Source: Takakia lepidozioides (lineage: Eukaryota; Plantae; Bryophyta). From it: a DNA stretch of 64,000 nt. Both the position numbers and the translations under genes were made by a program. The DNA is taken from NCBI GenBank assembly GCA_030704615.1, contig CM060734.1, positions 47,740,001-47,804,000 on the forward strand. Reading direction: 5' to 3'. Below the pieces are notes generated by a model that saw only the letters and a program-made list of their open reading frames with translations, did not search any database and was not told the DNA's origin. Below, in pieces: positions 1 through 12,867 of this stretch. The first letter of the stretch is position 1. Each line of letters begins with the position of its first letter.

Positions 1-196
1 CCAACCCCCCGTCTGATCAAGGAGCGGAGACAGTGAAAGTCACGATCTGGTTTGTGGGTTCTCCGGAAGTCCCAGCCCCCCCGGGCTTTGCTTGGATACC
101 TTCGAAGCTCTTCCCAAATCCAGGTTTACAGTTTGAGGTCACCCATCTTCAGCCATCAAATCGTGACAGGCTCACGGGCTTCAAAGTGCTTCCTAC

Positions 197-3100
197 ATGA
201 GCTGGGACCTGCATTCTTGGAATATTAGGGGTATTGGGTCAAAGGCGTCTGTCCCCAAGAGATCTAGGATTAGGCAATGGGCCTCGTATTATCTCTCTTC
301 TAATTCTATCATTTTCCTTCAGGAGCATAAGTTGGATGCAAGGAAGATTGCATCGCTTGGGCCATCATTTTGGCTGGCTGCCTCGTCTTGGTGGAATCCC
401 ACCGTGATAGACTCCAGGGGGGGCACGGCCATATTGATTGCCCCTTCCTTAGTGTCTAAGTTTATCAAGGTGGAGTCTTGGATATTAGGCAGAGTGCAAT
501 GTGCCTTCACCTCTCAAGATTCTATATTTCCTTCTACAGCCTTTATAAATATTTACGCTCCTAATTCTACCTCTGACCGCTCCCAGTTATGGTTAGACAT
601 CCATGCTAGGATATTAAGCAACTTCCAGGTGACCAACTGGATTTTGGTTGGTGATTTCAACATGGTGGAACAAATGATGGACAGGCTGGGCTCCTCTGCG
701 CAATCGCTTTCTCCGGAAGAGCGGTAAGCCTGGGACAGGCTTACCTTTTCAGTAGGTCTCTCAGACAGCTTCATCCCCACCAGATCCTCTCTCAGATTCA
801 CATGGAGTAACAATAGAGCCCCCCCGCACTTGCCTATGGCCAGATTGGATAGGTCTTACTGCTCTCCGCTGGCTGCCTCTTGGATTAAACAGGGTCCACT
901 CCCCCCCATATTGCCAGATTTTGACCATGCTCTCTTGTCCCTCAAGCTTACTCCCCCAGGGATCCATCAAAGGGGAAGAGGTTTCTTTAAACTGAATCCG
1001 AGTCTCCTTCGATCCCCAAAAGTGATTCAGCAGCTTGCTACAGTATGGAAAGATGCGGGTAACTAATTCACTTCTCCATCCGTTAGATTTTTTCATAAGT
1101 TGGCTGACACAAAGAAGGCAACTCAATCTTTGGCAAGGCAAGCTGCCATGGATAGGGATCGTAAGGAAAAGGCCCTTATCAAAACCATCTCTCACTGTCA
1201 ATGGTTGGTTGAGTCTAGGTTGGTGGGGCCCTTGACCCATCAATCTCTCACTACGGCGAAACGAAACTTGGCAGAGCTGCGAGCAATCAAAGAAGACAAT
1301 ATCCGTAGGAAAGCTGGTATAAACTGGTCTCTTAAAGGTGAAAAAATGTCGGCCTATTTTTTCCAAAAATCTAGGCAGCGTCAAGCTTCTACATCTATTT
1401 CCTCATTACAAGTCCAATCCAACGAGCTTCATGTTAATCCAAAGGCAATGGCTGGGGTGGCAGCACAGTATTTCTCAAATCTCTTTGCTCGTCCTCCAGC
1501 CTCTGAGAACTCCCTCTTCAGCACAAGTGCAGTTCTGGCCTCTGTCCCCTCTATCCTCACTCACCAGGACAATGCCAAGCTTAATGGTCCCTTCTCAGAA
1601 ATGGAGCTCATGCTGGCCTTAGAAAATCTGGCTTCTCTCAAATCCCCAGGATTTGACAGCCTTCCGGTTGAATTCTTCAAACACCTCTGGTCTATAGTCT
1701 CGGAAGATTTCCTTCTTATGGCCAATGACGTGCTGGCCAAGGGCATTATGCCTTCCCAGCTATCTCAAGGGGTAATAGCTTTGATTTTCAAAAAAAGGGA
1801 TCGTGATTTGATTACCAACTACAGGCCCATTACGTTGCTTAATTCTTCTTACAAGATCATAGCCAAGGCTCTCGCCATGAGGCTTCAGCCCTTTTTGCCC
1901 AGGCTGGTGCGTCCAGAGCAGACTGGGTTTATGCAAAATAGAATGATCCTAGACAATGTTCTTCTGGCGATTGAAGCTCTTCATTTGGCCCATCTTTCGG
2001 ACCAGCCTCTAGCGGTGCTAATGTTGGATTTTGAAAAGGCCTTCGACAATATTGATTGGGCTCTTCTCCTAGGGGTCATTTATAAGCTAGGATTCGAAGG
2101 GAATTTCGTGGCCTGGATAAAAATCCTTCTCTTCTCGGCCTCTAGTAAAGTTCAAGTCAATGGAGTTCTATCCAAATCCTTTCAATTACACAGGTCAGTA
2201 AGGCAGGGGTGCCCTCTATCCCCCTTCCTCTTTCTCATCGCAGCGGATGCCCTTGGTCACTTGCTTGCTGCCAATCCCTCCTTGCAAGGGTTAAAAATCC
2301 CACGATCTTTACCCTCTCCTGCCTCTGTCAAGAATTCCTTATACGCTGATGACACTATCCTATTTATTGACAACTCTACGCAAGCGAACATCTCAGCCAT
2401 CCTTCTGGCTCTAAAGACATTCTGCCTTGCATCAGGGTTACGGATAAATTGGTCCAAGACAGTAGCTATTCTCTCCAAGCTTTCTATCCAAGCGGGGGCA
2501 TCGCATATCGCGCCTTGGGGGGAGGATCTGGGTCTTCGTTGGCTTCAAAATGGAGAAGCCCATAATCTCTTGGGGCACCTAGTGGGTCACGATCTCACAG
2601 ATCTGCAGAGATGCGAGGCGGTTTGGGCCAAAATCAAGAAGAAAATGGGCCATTGGTGCTCCATTCATTTGTCTATAGCTGGGCGGGCTTTGGTGGCTAA
2701 CCAGGTAATCCAATCCTCCTCATGGTTTTCCTCGACTGTCTGGTCCCCTGGCTCAAAGATTATCTCGCAGATTAAATCCATGACTCGCAACTTCATATGG
2801 GGGGCTACCCCGGCTATGCCAAATAGAAGAAGCTTAGTGAGCTTGGCCTAGATCTCTCAAAGAAAAAAAAAACGGGGGCTTGGGGGTTCTGGACCCTCAA
2901 TCTCAAATCCTTGCTTTATTGGCTAAATGGGTGCCTAGGGTTTTAACTCATCTTTCATCTCTGTGGAGCCTTGTTGTAAGATGTCATATTCTGGACTCGG
3001 GGCCTCAAGTGGCTTACTGGCCAGAGTCTTTGAGATGGATAACCTAGGGTAATCGTTCCTCCCGTGCGTTCAAAGGCGTGGCAGTCAATCTTGGGCTACC

Positions 3101-4404
3101 TGGATTAAAATGAGGCCCAATCTTTTCTAGTCCACCCCTAAGACAAGGGAAGAAGCCATGAGGCAGCCTCTTTTTGGAAATCTCAATGCTAACTCTGACT
3201 TCTTAATTACCTACTCTAAAAAATGGGCTTCTTGCGCCATTAGAGTTTACTGCAAAGACTCTGGGAAATGTGATCCAATTCCTCCTTTGAATATGCAACA
3301 TTATTTCGGATCTTTCAACTCGTTTCTTACTGCCCCTTTGCAATTGCTGCAATTCGACCCGGCAGAATGGAACTGGATGTCTAATAAGCATGATCTTTTC
3401 CTGGGATACAGGGTCAAGTTGGGCTACTCTCTATTAAGACCTCCGGTTACTTTTGTGGCCAAATGGAATGCCAAGTGGGGACATCTACCCACTCTCCCCC
3501 TTAATTGGCAACACATCTGGAAGGATGTTTGGAGAAAGGACAGACAGGCCAAAATCTCGGGATTTCTATGGAAGCTAGTAAACAGAATTTTGCCGGTCCT
3601 TCAAGTCATTCCAGATGCTCTTGACCAATGTCAAGTGTGCAACCTGGGTCTCTTGGAATCACTGGATCGCTGTTTGGTTGATATGCCCTTCGCTAGTTCA
3701 TCTGGAAGCCGTATCAGATTGTTTTACTTGGCCTGGGTCCCGTCCATTCCCTTGCAGTCTTCCATAATCTTGCTCAACCTTCACGAAGGATATATCTGGT
3801 CTAATTGCCCGGTATGGGCCTGTCTTCGAGCGCACTCGCTCTGGAATGTATGGAAAAGCAGATGTTCTTTGGTGTTGGGGGGGTCTCAGCCCTGTGCTCA
3901 GAAGGTTTTCTTCATGATCCACTCAGATTTAATGACTGAAGCGAGAAAGGCCTGGAATGTTCTCTGTGCAGCTACTTCTCGATGTGCGCAACGAAGGAGA
4001 CAACAACTTTTCACTGGCTTTGATAACGCCTGGGGGAAAGGGAACATCATCTGCACAAGGACATCAGACTCATCGATTGTCTGGAACGACAACATCCCGC
4101 CATGTTGGCAACTCCACTAGCGCCCAACTATCTATGGAGCAGGAAGAATCAAATAGGAATTGGAGGCATAAGAGAAAGAAAGGGCAAATCCAAAGCCCAC
4201 CTCTCGTTTGAATCCTCTAGACGCAGAATCAATGAGCCTCTGTAGTCTTGTCTCGCTGCTATGGACCTACTCATCCTTAGTCTCATGCAGCCTCTCTCAG
4301 ATTTGGCCACGAGGCAGTGTCTCCTTTATCATCCTTATGGTTGTTTTCCTGAGGTTATTTTTTCCTCAGTTTTATTAATAAAATTTATCAGGGCTCCCCT
4401 GTTC
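197..4404 (+). mobile_element. L1-clade non-LTR retrotransposon (LINE), ORF2 (APE endonuclease-RT-zinc-binding region) broken by stops and a frameshift
   Basis: Endonuclease motifs WNIRG, FLQE, NIYAP, GDFN, RLDR, FDH (197-1066). RT motifs KSPGFDSLP, NYRPITLLN, PEQTGF, LDFEKAFD, VRQGCPLSP, YADD (1100-2851). WKDVW...FLWKL...CQVC region (3158-4120). Stops at 727, 1066 and 2851; 3' UTR ends next to an (AT)n run. Confidence 0.93.
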
Positions 4405-4423
4405 ATATATATATATATATATA
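4405..4423. repeat. (AT)n microsatellite at the LINE 3' end
   Basis: atatatatatatatatata directly after gggctcccctgttc. Confidence 0.7.
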
Positions 4424-7419
4424 CTAATATTCAGCCAAGCATAGTTTATTCTACCATTAATGTTGAGCCTATTTTTTTATCCTCTTCTTTGTAAATCTAC
4501 TCCTAAAAATCCTTGCAAATATCTGGTCATCAACAATCCGGTAATTGTAGAAGGTTTAATTCTCGAGGATTATCTTAATAATGTTGATTTTGATAAATTT
4601 ATGAACGAATGTCTAGAAGGCGACATGTACATGTGATGTACTTTCCACAATGCCACCATTACCAAGAATATTGCATTGTTGAGCAGTTTGGGACATTCAC
4701 CAATTGCACAATCCAAATATCTGCTGATTTTGCTCTACTTGAAGAATATGATGGCCTAGATTCACTCCAACAAGTCTCAGAGAAGAGTTGCGGTAGAAGG
4801 AAGCCCAAGTTTACAAGCATGTCAATGGACATTGCAACACGGGATCGGCATGAAATTCAAAGTTATTTGTACTTTGCTTGAGGAGAATAGACATTGTACC
4901 TATAGATATAGCTTTGTAAGAATTGTTCTCTACAGCCAGATTATCCAATTGATAGATGGATCAGATAATTTGATGCTTTGATTAATTCATTGATGATTGT
5001 TCCAACTTCAGTGGAATTGACACCGATGGTAACAGTTGCAAAACTTCAAAGACATTCATTTCAATAAATTGCCTTGGAGCATCTCAAAAATTATTGAATA
5101 CCAAATTTTTTTTTGTATTTTGGAACATCCATCTGTATATGTTTCAATGATATAAAAATGTAGGCTTGTTCATCAACAATTTGTCCTCAAAATTACTACA
5201 ATTTGAGTTGATCAATGTTGGGGTCAATACCCAAAAATGCAAAATAAAAGGTCCAATGAAAGTGCAGAGCCACAATTTGTGAATAAATTGATCAGATCAG
5301 TAGTTACTAGATTGGAATCATCACCTTGAGAGTTCAACAAGTAGATGATTGTCAAGGTTAATATGAAGAGGGTAGAGTATTGACTAGAAACGCGGAATTA
5401 CAAATTGATGTACATCTTGTAAAACCTTTTCATTTAGTGTCTCTTTGTTTTACATTTTGTTCATATTCCACAATTCGGTTGTAGAAATGAAATTTTCATA
5501 CCCTTCAAAGCATCATGAACCGTATAAACTATAAACCTCCATTACAAATTCATTCATCATTTCACCAATTAAAACTTTGAGGGCATGATAATATGCTTAG
5601 ATGTTTGGCATTTGAAGGAGCACTGGGTGTTTTTCTATTAAAACTGATAAATGAAGTATGTGTAAAGGAAAGTATTTGGGCCATCCCATTATGTTCTCAC
5701 AGTCGGACAGTGGAAAGAAAACATAAACGTCCATGCAAGGTACCACAGACAAGAACTACTCCAATTATTTGAGCAAGAGCTCCTCCGGTATGAACCATTC
5801 ATTACAAGCACACCCTACACTGCCATGCACTAATATGTCTAATGCCAAGTCTTTTGTTTCAAGGAATTCCACTATTGATACAAATTTCTCAAGACTTCTC
5901 AGAGTTTTTCAGGTTATCAACAAGCTTATTACAAATGATCTCTGAACTCTGCAGACATACTTAAGGTGCATCAACCATAGGCTTGTGGTCTGATATTGAC
6001 CAACTAAGATGTCATCATACCACACACTTGTTCCAGAAGTTCCAACATTCAGAACTATACTGTGTAGAGCTGGCAAGCTATGCGGGAGACTTTCAACCTC
6101 AGTCTACTGAAAATGTAGGGCCACTGATATAGTCCAGAACATGATACTCAGTCTTTCTAAAGAGGCCCTTATTGAGCTTACTACTTCTATTAATTAATAC
6201 ATCTATGGTTCTTGTTTGCTTTTCTTTTGGGCCCTGTGTGCAGAGCCCCCTAGGTACTAATTTAATAAATAGTTAGTTACAAGTAGGAAGAGCCCCGCTC
6301 TTCTTTACATACCCTCTCGGGACCCTTCTAGAAGGGTGGGACACATGTCAGACCCGAATCAGGCCTACTCCCACCACTTGACACCTGTACCCTAACACCC
6401 AAATTGGCCTGAACCATCCCCTATTTAATAGGTATCACCTTCTTGCCTTCTTTTTTTGGACCCCTTCATTTCTTGAAATCACTCTACATATGCCTTATTA
6501 TATAACCCCCCCACTCTAATTCCTGGACCACTCTAGAATGAACAGGGCCACCCAAACTTGGGGGGCTTATTGTGAAAGTGCGAATCCTTTGGCCAGTACG
6601 TTGTACTGGGCACATTTGCACCTTTCATACACCATGGGAAGAATCAGATGATAAACAACACAGGCTCAGTTCATATATTCATAGCAATGGTGGCCATCAA
6701 TTCGCCAATTGGTTCCTGCCGTGAAACTCTCTGCCTGAAGCTCTATGGTGTGCAGGGACACGAGAACCATGATGAGATTGTGCTCGACCTTGTATCGTGG
6801 GAGATGCCTCTGCTTTCAGCCGGGGAGGCTTTGACCAACCGCCCATCTCAAAAGGACTCCTCGTTTGTGCGCTGATGTCTGAAGTATGGTGACCTTGGAC
6901 TTTTCTGCAAAAGCCACTGGTGGGCATCTGAGCAGCCATAGCGTCAAGCACAACCTCTCCAGACAAGGCTACAACCACCAGAGCTTCAAGCCTCTTTACA
7001 ATAACATGGAACAACCTTGAACGCCCTCCTTCTACTACTGATAGTAGCAGTAAGAACAGCTTTTACTGGTTTTCAGGAAGCAGAGCAAGTTGTCAACAAT
7101 CTATACAACTGTAGATGCAACCCAGTCTACAAAACATCATCATGCCAGCTGCAGTCACAAGCTCTGCTGCAGTGTTAAATGAAGGTAGCCTCAACCTTAT
7201 GAAGCCTGTTGTCCCACCACCGTGAAGCAATTGAGACAAACTTCCAGAGCCATTCTTTGCTCATTGCTTGAACTGTAAGGAAGAACTGCAAGAATTGTGT
7301 TTCCCTACCATCCTTCGGATTTGTTGCAGGCCGGGAAGGCGTCACAGCTATTATTTGCAAGGGCCTGTGCCCAGCAGTCCCAAGCACCCATTTCCACTCC
7401 ACACACGGGCGTGTGAATC

Positions 7420-8185
7420 TGCTGTAAGACATAAGCCCAGTCAGTACAAGAGCAAGACAGGGCTGGTCCACGACACCACATTTTGTTCTGCCATTTTGTC
7501 AGACACACCCTTTGCATCTTTGATGCTCCCACATTTGGCACACATCTCCACGAACGAGGGCAGTATCTGAGATTGTATTTGGCACAATTCCAGCTTTCAC
7601 GATGTCAGCATGGACCTCTTTGGCCTTTTCCAGGGCTCCCAGGCTGGCACATGCATTGCAAGCATAAATGAACGTGACCTGGTCAAGTTTCACAGAAGTG
7701 TCTAAGATACTCCTGCCATACCCATGCTTCATGAATCCTTCCATCATTATAGTCCATAAAACCATGTTTCATTCTGGCATTTTGTCAAACACTCGGTGTG
7801 CATCTACGATGCTCCCGCATTTGACATACATGTCGACAAGGGTGTTGTGTAGAAAAATAGTTGGCTTAAATCCACTTTGAATGATGTGCTTTCCAGCTGC
7901 GAAGCCCTTCATCTTGATGCACTTATGAAGGAGAGAGACATAAGTATTCAAGTGTGCCGAAATGCCTCCTTGATTCAAAACGTGCAGAGCCTCTTTTAGC
8001 TGTCCTCCCTCACATAGTTTCCGAACATGCCGATAAGTATCAGAGATCTTGTAGACTCCCTCTATTGGTCTTTGTTTGGAAGTGGTACGGTCCATGGGGG
8101 AGGTGCCTGATTTTATCAGCTGTGCTGCTGCTGCTTCCAGTTGACCATCTACCATTGCTGGTTTCTTGTACCTCTTAATCCACAA
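7420..8185 (-). pseudogene. Truncated, frameshifted PLS-class PPR gene
   Basis: Consecutive ORF pieces LCEGGQLKEALHVL, NTLVDMYVKCGSIVDAHRVFDKMPE, DQVTFIYACNACASLGALEKAKEVHADI resemble the neighbouring PPR gene; frames shift and no E/DYW domain follows. Confidence 0.85.
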
Positions 8186-9809
8186 TGCCTCACTCTTGTG
8201 CTTGAAATCTGGTTGCCTTGGACTGGATCTGCACGCGCACTCTATCCCTGCCTCAACAACAATAATGCATAGATCCTGCCTCTTGACACTAGTAGCTGAG
8301 AACGAAAATCCAGAAATTCACTAAGCAACCACCCCATCCCTACTTACCAAACACTAGTTTCTATGCTGAATTGCTGACAAGATTTCAGTAACATAATAGG
8401 CGTTCACCGTTTTGCCTGCATTGTCAGACGATTGAGTCAGGTTCGAAAAACATTCCTTCCAAAGCTTCTTCTCGTCTCTATTTTCGGGTTTTGGACATTT
8501 GCCTGCAACCCCACTGGCAATAACATGTCAAAAAAATTCAGAACCACATAGTGGCACTCCATGAGCTAACTTACTGATGAAAAAGCAGGGGAAAATCTAG
8601 AAAGAGGACAAGAGAGCCCAAATATGTTCTCACCACGTTGTCCTTGACCTTCTGTCAAGGCAGCAGCTAGCTTTTCTTTCACCCAAGGAGGATTCAACCA
8701 ACCCTCAATCGGAAGGATCTCGTGTTCACTGCTTATGTCTGTAGTCAGTTAGTTTGGATTGGTCTGTGAGAACCACCACATGTAGCTGAGCAGTCAGAGT
8801 TTTAATCACAGCTTCCTACTACCAAGCACAACCGTCAACCCTCCAAAATACCTTGCAAACTCGAGGGAAAAAACCTTGAGCAACCTACTCTCATGCCCTG
8901 GTGTACAATACCGACAGTAAGAGCTCTGTTGCAGAGCAAACAGGGATTCTAATCAAACCCCACAACTAGAGGTACAATCCAGTCCACAAACTGTCAGAGT
9001 CAGTCCCTCCTCTCCTTCCTTGACAGACTTGTCCTCGACCCACATGACAATAGTGGACCTTGTCAATGCTGTAGTCCCACCATTGTGAAGGATCTATAAA
9101 GAAGTCCTGCCAGCGCTGTTCCATGCTCCACCGTTGACCTACCTGCCAGATGTACGCAAAGCTTCAAGAGGGCAGAGATTATAGCCCTTGTCTGACCATC
9201 CTGTGTGCTTCTTGGGCCAAATTAGGTTAGTTTCTGGATAGGTCAACTCCACTTCCAAGTTTAAAAGATAGAAGCGCCAATGTTTCCAGTTACTAACTTC
9301 AATTACCATCCCTGACAGCTTGGGAGGCGCCATAGCTACTACATGCACTCGGTCCTTGGCGAATTGCCAAGGTGGATCCCGCTTCCAGCTCCAGAGCCCA
9401 GAGTCTTAATCTGTTACATGATGTGAGGCCTCTCGCATGACCGAGACGAGAAGACAGGGCCTTGGGTATGGAGTCCACATCCATACTCAGGAGAACATTG
9501 GAGCAAGCTGCCATCCCCTCTCGTGAGTGAGAGAGATGCAGAAAATATTCTCCTGTACAACCCACCCCGTCCCCTTCGACCCAATGCGAGAAACAATGGC
9601 ACCACCTTGTCAAGATGGGAAATGATCACCCAGCTTCATGGACCATGCATGGTGTAAACCATCATTTGCTTCTCCATTTTGCTCTTACTTGCTCTTCTTC
9701 TCCGCTCCACACATCACAAAGTATGCGTTGATGGTGTAGTGTGCCAAGTGCCAACCCACTTTCGAATTTCGATAAACTCTGACAAACACACTTCTTTCGT
9801 ATTGCTTGT

Positions 9810-12050
9810 TCACCAGTAATCCCCACAAGAACAAAACCCATTTTGGAAGTGGTGAAAGCGATTGGCATCCCGTACAACAATTGTTCGCCCAACAATCTTT
9901 GAGATGAGTTTGGTGGCCACGTGACAGTCACCACACACCCGCAGGTTCTTGATGATGCGAATAGGCACCCCAGAATCTGTACTGATGAGCCCAAAAGCAA
10001 TAGCCAGCTTCTCACTGTGATAGCAAAGAGAAACCTCCTTCCGCTCCTCCTCCACATCATGCAACACAAAGCGCGTGTCAGGCACATATCCAGCCTCCTT
10101 CATCTGCTGATACAACCTCTTCAGCTCAACATGGATTTCCTCAATTTGTGGATGGAATTTGTCTTCTGCAACGAATGTGTGGACCTGGTTGTCCACCTCA
10201 ATGCTGCTGCACCCTGGCACCTTTCTCACCCCTCTATCCTCCATCATTTTTCTCACCTTTGCTACTTCCTCCCACTTGCCAGCTGCAGCATAAATGTTTG
10301 ATAGCAGCACATAAGTTCCAGCCTCTTGTGGATACAATGTGAGAAATCTTTTCGCCACACGTTCTGCAACCTCCACTTTGTCATGAATTCTGCACGCACC
10401 AAGCAAGGCCCCCCAAACCCCAATATCTGGTTCAACTGGCATTTTGTTAATGAAGTCATCTGCCTCATCTAATTGCCCCGCACGCCCAAGAAGGTCCACC
10501 ATGCAGCCAAAATGTTCTAGGGTAGGAGTGAGGCCATGATCTAGAGTCATGGAGTCAAAATAGTGATGGCCTTCTTCCACCAGGCCCACATAGCTACATG
10601 CAGATAGAACACATATGAAGGTGATACTGTTCGGATTCAAGCCTTCCTTTTGCATTTGTTCGAATAGTTGCAGAGCTTCCGTACCACAGCCCTGCTGAGC
10701 ATATCCTGCAATCATCGCGTTCCATGAGACCACATCTCGTTCAGCCATATTGTTGAGCACTTGACGTGCATCCTTAATGCTCCCACATTTTGCATACATA
10801 TCAACCAGGGTATTCTCCAGAATTATATCTAAGGGGATTTTGGCTTTCATGATGTCAGCATGGACCTCCATGCCCTTCTCCAGGGCTGCCTGACTTGCAC
10901 ATGCATTTAGAACAGAAATGAATGTGACCTTGTCAGGCATCACCCCGTCTTGTATCATTTGCTCGTAGATCTCTAACGCATCCCTCCCATTCCCATGCTG
11001 AGCATATCCAGTGATCATTGCATTCCATGAGACCACGTTTCGCTGGGCCATGTTGTCAAACACCTGACGTGCCTCCCTTATGCTCCCACATTTGGCATAC
11101 ATGTCAGCAAGGGCAGTCTCCAGAATGATATCCTGCCCAATACCAGCTTTGATGATGTCAGCATGGACATCTTTGCCCTTTTCCAGGGCTGCCAGGCCGG
11201 CACATGCATTGAGAATGCAAATGAATGTTACCTTGTCAGGTGTCACTCCCTCTTGTATCATTTGCTCATAAATCTCAAAAGCCTCCCTACCACACCCATG
11301 TTGAGCATATCCCGAAATCATTGTGCTCCATGAGACCACATCTCGTTTAGTCATGTTGACAAACACTTGGTGTGCATCCTTCATACTCTTGCATTTGGCA
11401 TACATGTCCACAAGGGTGTTCTCCAACTTCATGTAGGATGCAATTCCAGATGTCATTATGTCAGCATGGACCTCTTTGCCCTTTTGCAGGGCTCCAAGGC
11501 TGGCACATGCCTTGAGAATGCAAATGAATGTGACTTTGTCGGGCATCACAGATTTTTGTATCATTTCATCATATATCTCAAAGGCCTCACTACCACACCC
11601 ATGCTTGGCATATCCTGCTATCATTATGTTCCATGTACATATATCTCGTTCAGGAATTTTGTCAAACAATCTGCGTGCATTCATCACGCTCCCGCACTTG
11701 GCATACATGTTGAGAAGGGTGTTCAGCAGAAAGATGTTTGGCTTAAATTCAGTTCGGATGATGTGGGCGTGCACCTGCTTTCCCTCTGCTAGGCGTTTCC
11801 TGTTGATGCACTCCTGCAAGACACATACATAAGTATTGGAGTCTGCTCTGAAGCCTTGTTGATCCAAAACATGCAGTGCCTCCTTCAGTCGTCCTGCCTT
11901 GCATAGCGCCCTAACATCCCCATAAGTGCTAGAAGAAATTCTGCTGAGTGCCTCTCTTGGTCTTTGAAAAGGAATGGTGATGGTGGAGGTGGTACCCTTG
12001 CCACCAGTCTGATGTCCAACAAACAATTGTGCCTGATTCGACTCTGCCAT
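9810..12050 (-). CDS. PLS-class pentatricopeptide repeat protein with E and DYW deaminase domains (organellar C-to-U RNA editing factor)
   Basis: Intronless 746-aa ORF; repeated P-L-S motifs (DMYAKCGS..AR.VFD.M..RDVVSWNAMI), PG box VPGCSSIE, HSEKLAIAFGL, KNLRVCGDCH, C-terminal CSCGDYW. Confidence 0.96.
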   Translation of the reverse strand: MAESNQAQLFVGHQTGGKGTTSTITIPFQRPREALSRISSSTYGDVRALCKAGRLKEALHVLDQQGFRADSNTYVCVLQECINRKRLAEGKQVHAHIIRTEFKPNIFLLNTLLNMYAKCGSVMNARRLFDKIPERDICTWNIMIAGYAKHGCGSEAFEIYDEMIQKSVMPDKVTFICILKACASLGALQKGKEVHADIMTSGIASYMKLENTLVDMYAKCKSMKDAHQVFVNMTKRDVVSWSTMISGYAQHGCGREAFEIYEQMIQEGVTPDKVTFICILNACAGLAALEKGKDVHADIIKAGIGQDIILETALADMYAKCGSIREARQVFDNMAQRNVVSWNAMITGYAQHGNGRDALEIYEQMIQDGVMPDKVTFISVLNACASQAALEKGMEVHADIMKAKIPLDIILENTLVDMYAKCGSIKDARQVLNNMAERDVVSWNAMIAGYAQQGCGTEALQLFEQMQKEGLNPNSITFICVLSACSYVGLVEEGHHYFDSMTLDHGLTPTLEHFGCMVDLLGRAGQLDEADDFINKMPVEPDIGVWGALLGACRIHDKVEVAERVAKRFLTLYPQEAGTYVLLSNIYAAAGKWEEVAKVRKMMEDRGVRKVPGCSSIEVDNQVHTFVAEDKFHPQIEEIHVELKRLYQQMKEAGYVPDTRFVLHDVEEERKEVSLCYHSEKLAIAFGLISTDSGVPIRIIKNLRVCGDCHVATKLISKIVGRTIVVRDANRFHHFQNGFCSCGDYW

Positions 12051-12867
12051 CCTGCAGGACTCATAACTCTCAGTTACAAGCCCTCAAAATTCATGAATGC
12101 TTCAAAGAAAGATCCCTTTATAAGGATTGGATTCTAGCTACATATGTACAGCATAACAAAACTATCCGAGTCAACCACTTCGAGGATAAAAAATACCACT
12201 CTATCCGTTTGGATATGGGACCCTTGGCATGTACCCTCTGTAAATCCAGGTGACCACGCAGATATCAGCACAGCAAAACCATTAATATGTGCACATCTAG
12301 TTTAGCTGGACGCCACTTTCGGAGACGATCAACTTCAGGAATGTGCAGGACATTGTATAGGATAACAAGCACCAATGGGGGGGGAAAAGTTGTTTGCAAA
12401 CCCTTTTGGTTGGGCCAAAGGATGAGGTGGGACAGACAGGCCTGAAGGTCCATTGCTGTGTAGATTGAAGGTAGAACTGTCACCAAATTGTGCTTCGCCT
12501 TCGATCGTGGCAGCTAGCTCTGCTTTCATCCAGGGAGGGTTCAACCAACCCTCCATCAAGCGGTCCTCTTTGTGCTCGTGTCTGAAGTCTGGTGATCTTT
12601 GACTCTTCTGCAGAAAGCAAGTAACACACAAACATTTGCTGGATGAAAGATATGGTCCTCGAGAACAGTATTTGGATGGCGTGCTTACGTGTTGGATGCA
12701 AACGTGACTGCATCCAACTGACTTGCAGGATTCCCAAAGCGTGTTGTGTGCAATTGGCCCGAGAATGGTTTTTGGTTGATGGGTCCTTTGTTCCGTAGGG
12801 AACCTGGAATCGCAGAGCCTGCGGTGTATAAATGGAGCTGATGCTCGAGAATTCTGCACGCAACACC

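Noticed and set aside
4500-6200. AT-rich stretch with faint Helitron-like coding remnants
   Set aside because: No motif or terminus I could identify with confidence
6648-7400. Short ORFs downstream of the PPR pseudogene
   Set aside because: Could not assign them to any family
9921-11832. Plus-strand ORFs overlapping the PPR gene (and similar antisense ORFs over the pol genes)
   Set aside because: Shadow frames of real coding sequence on the other strand
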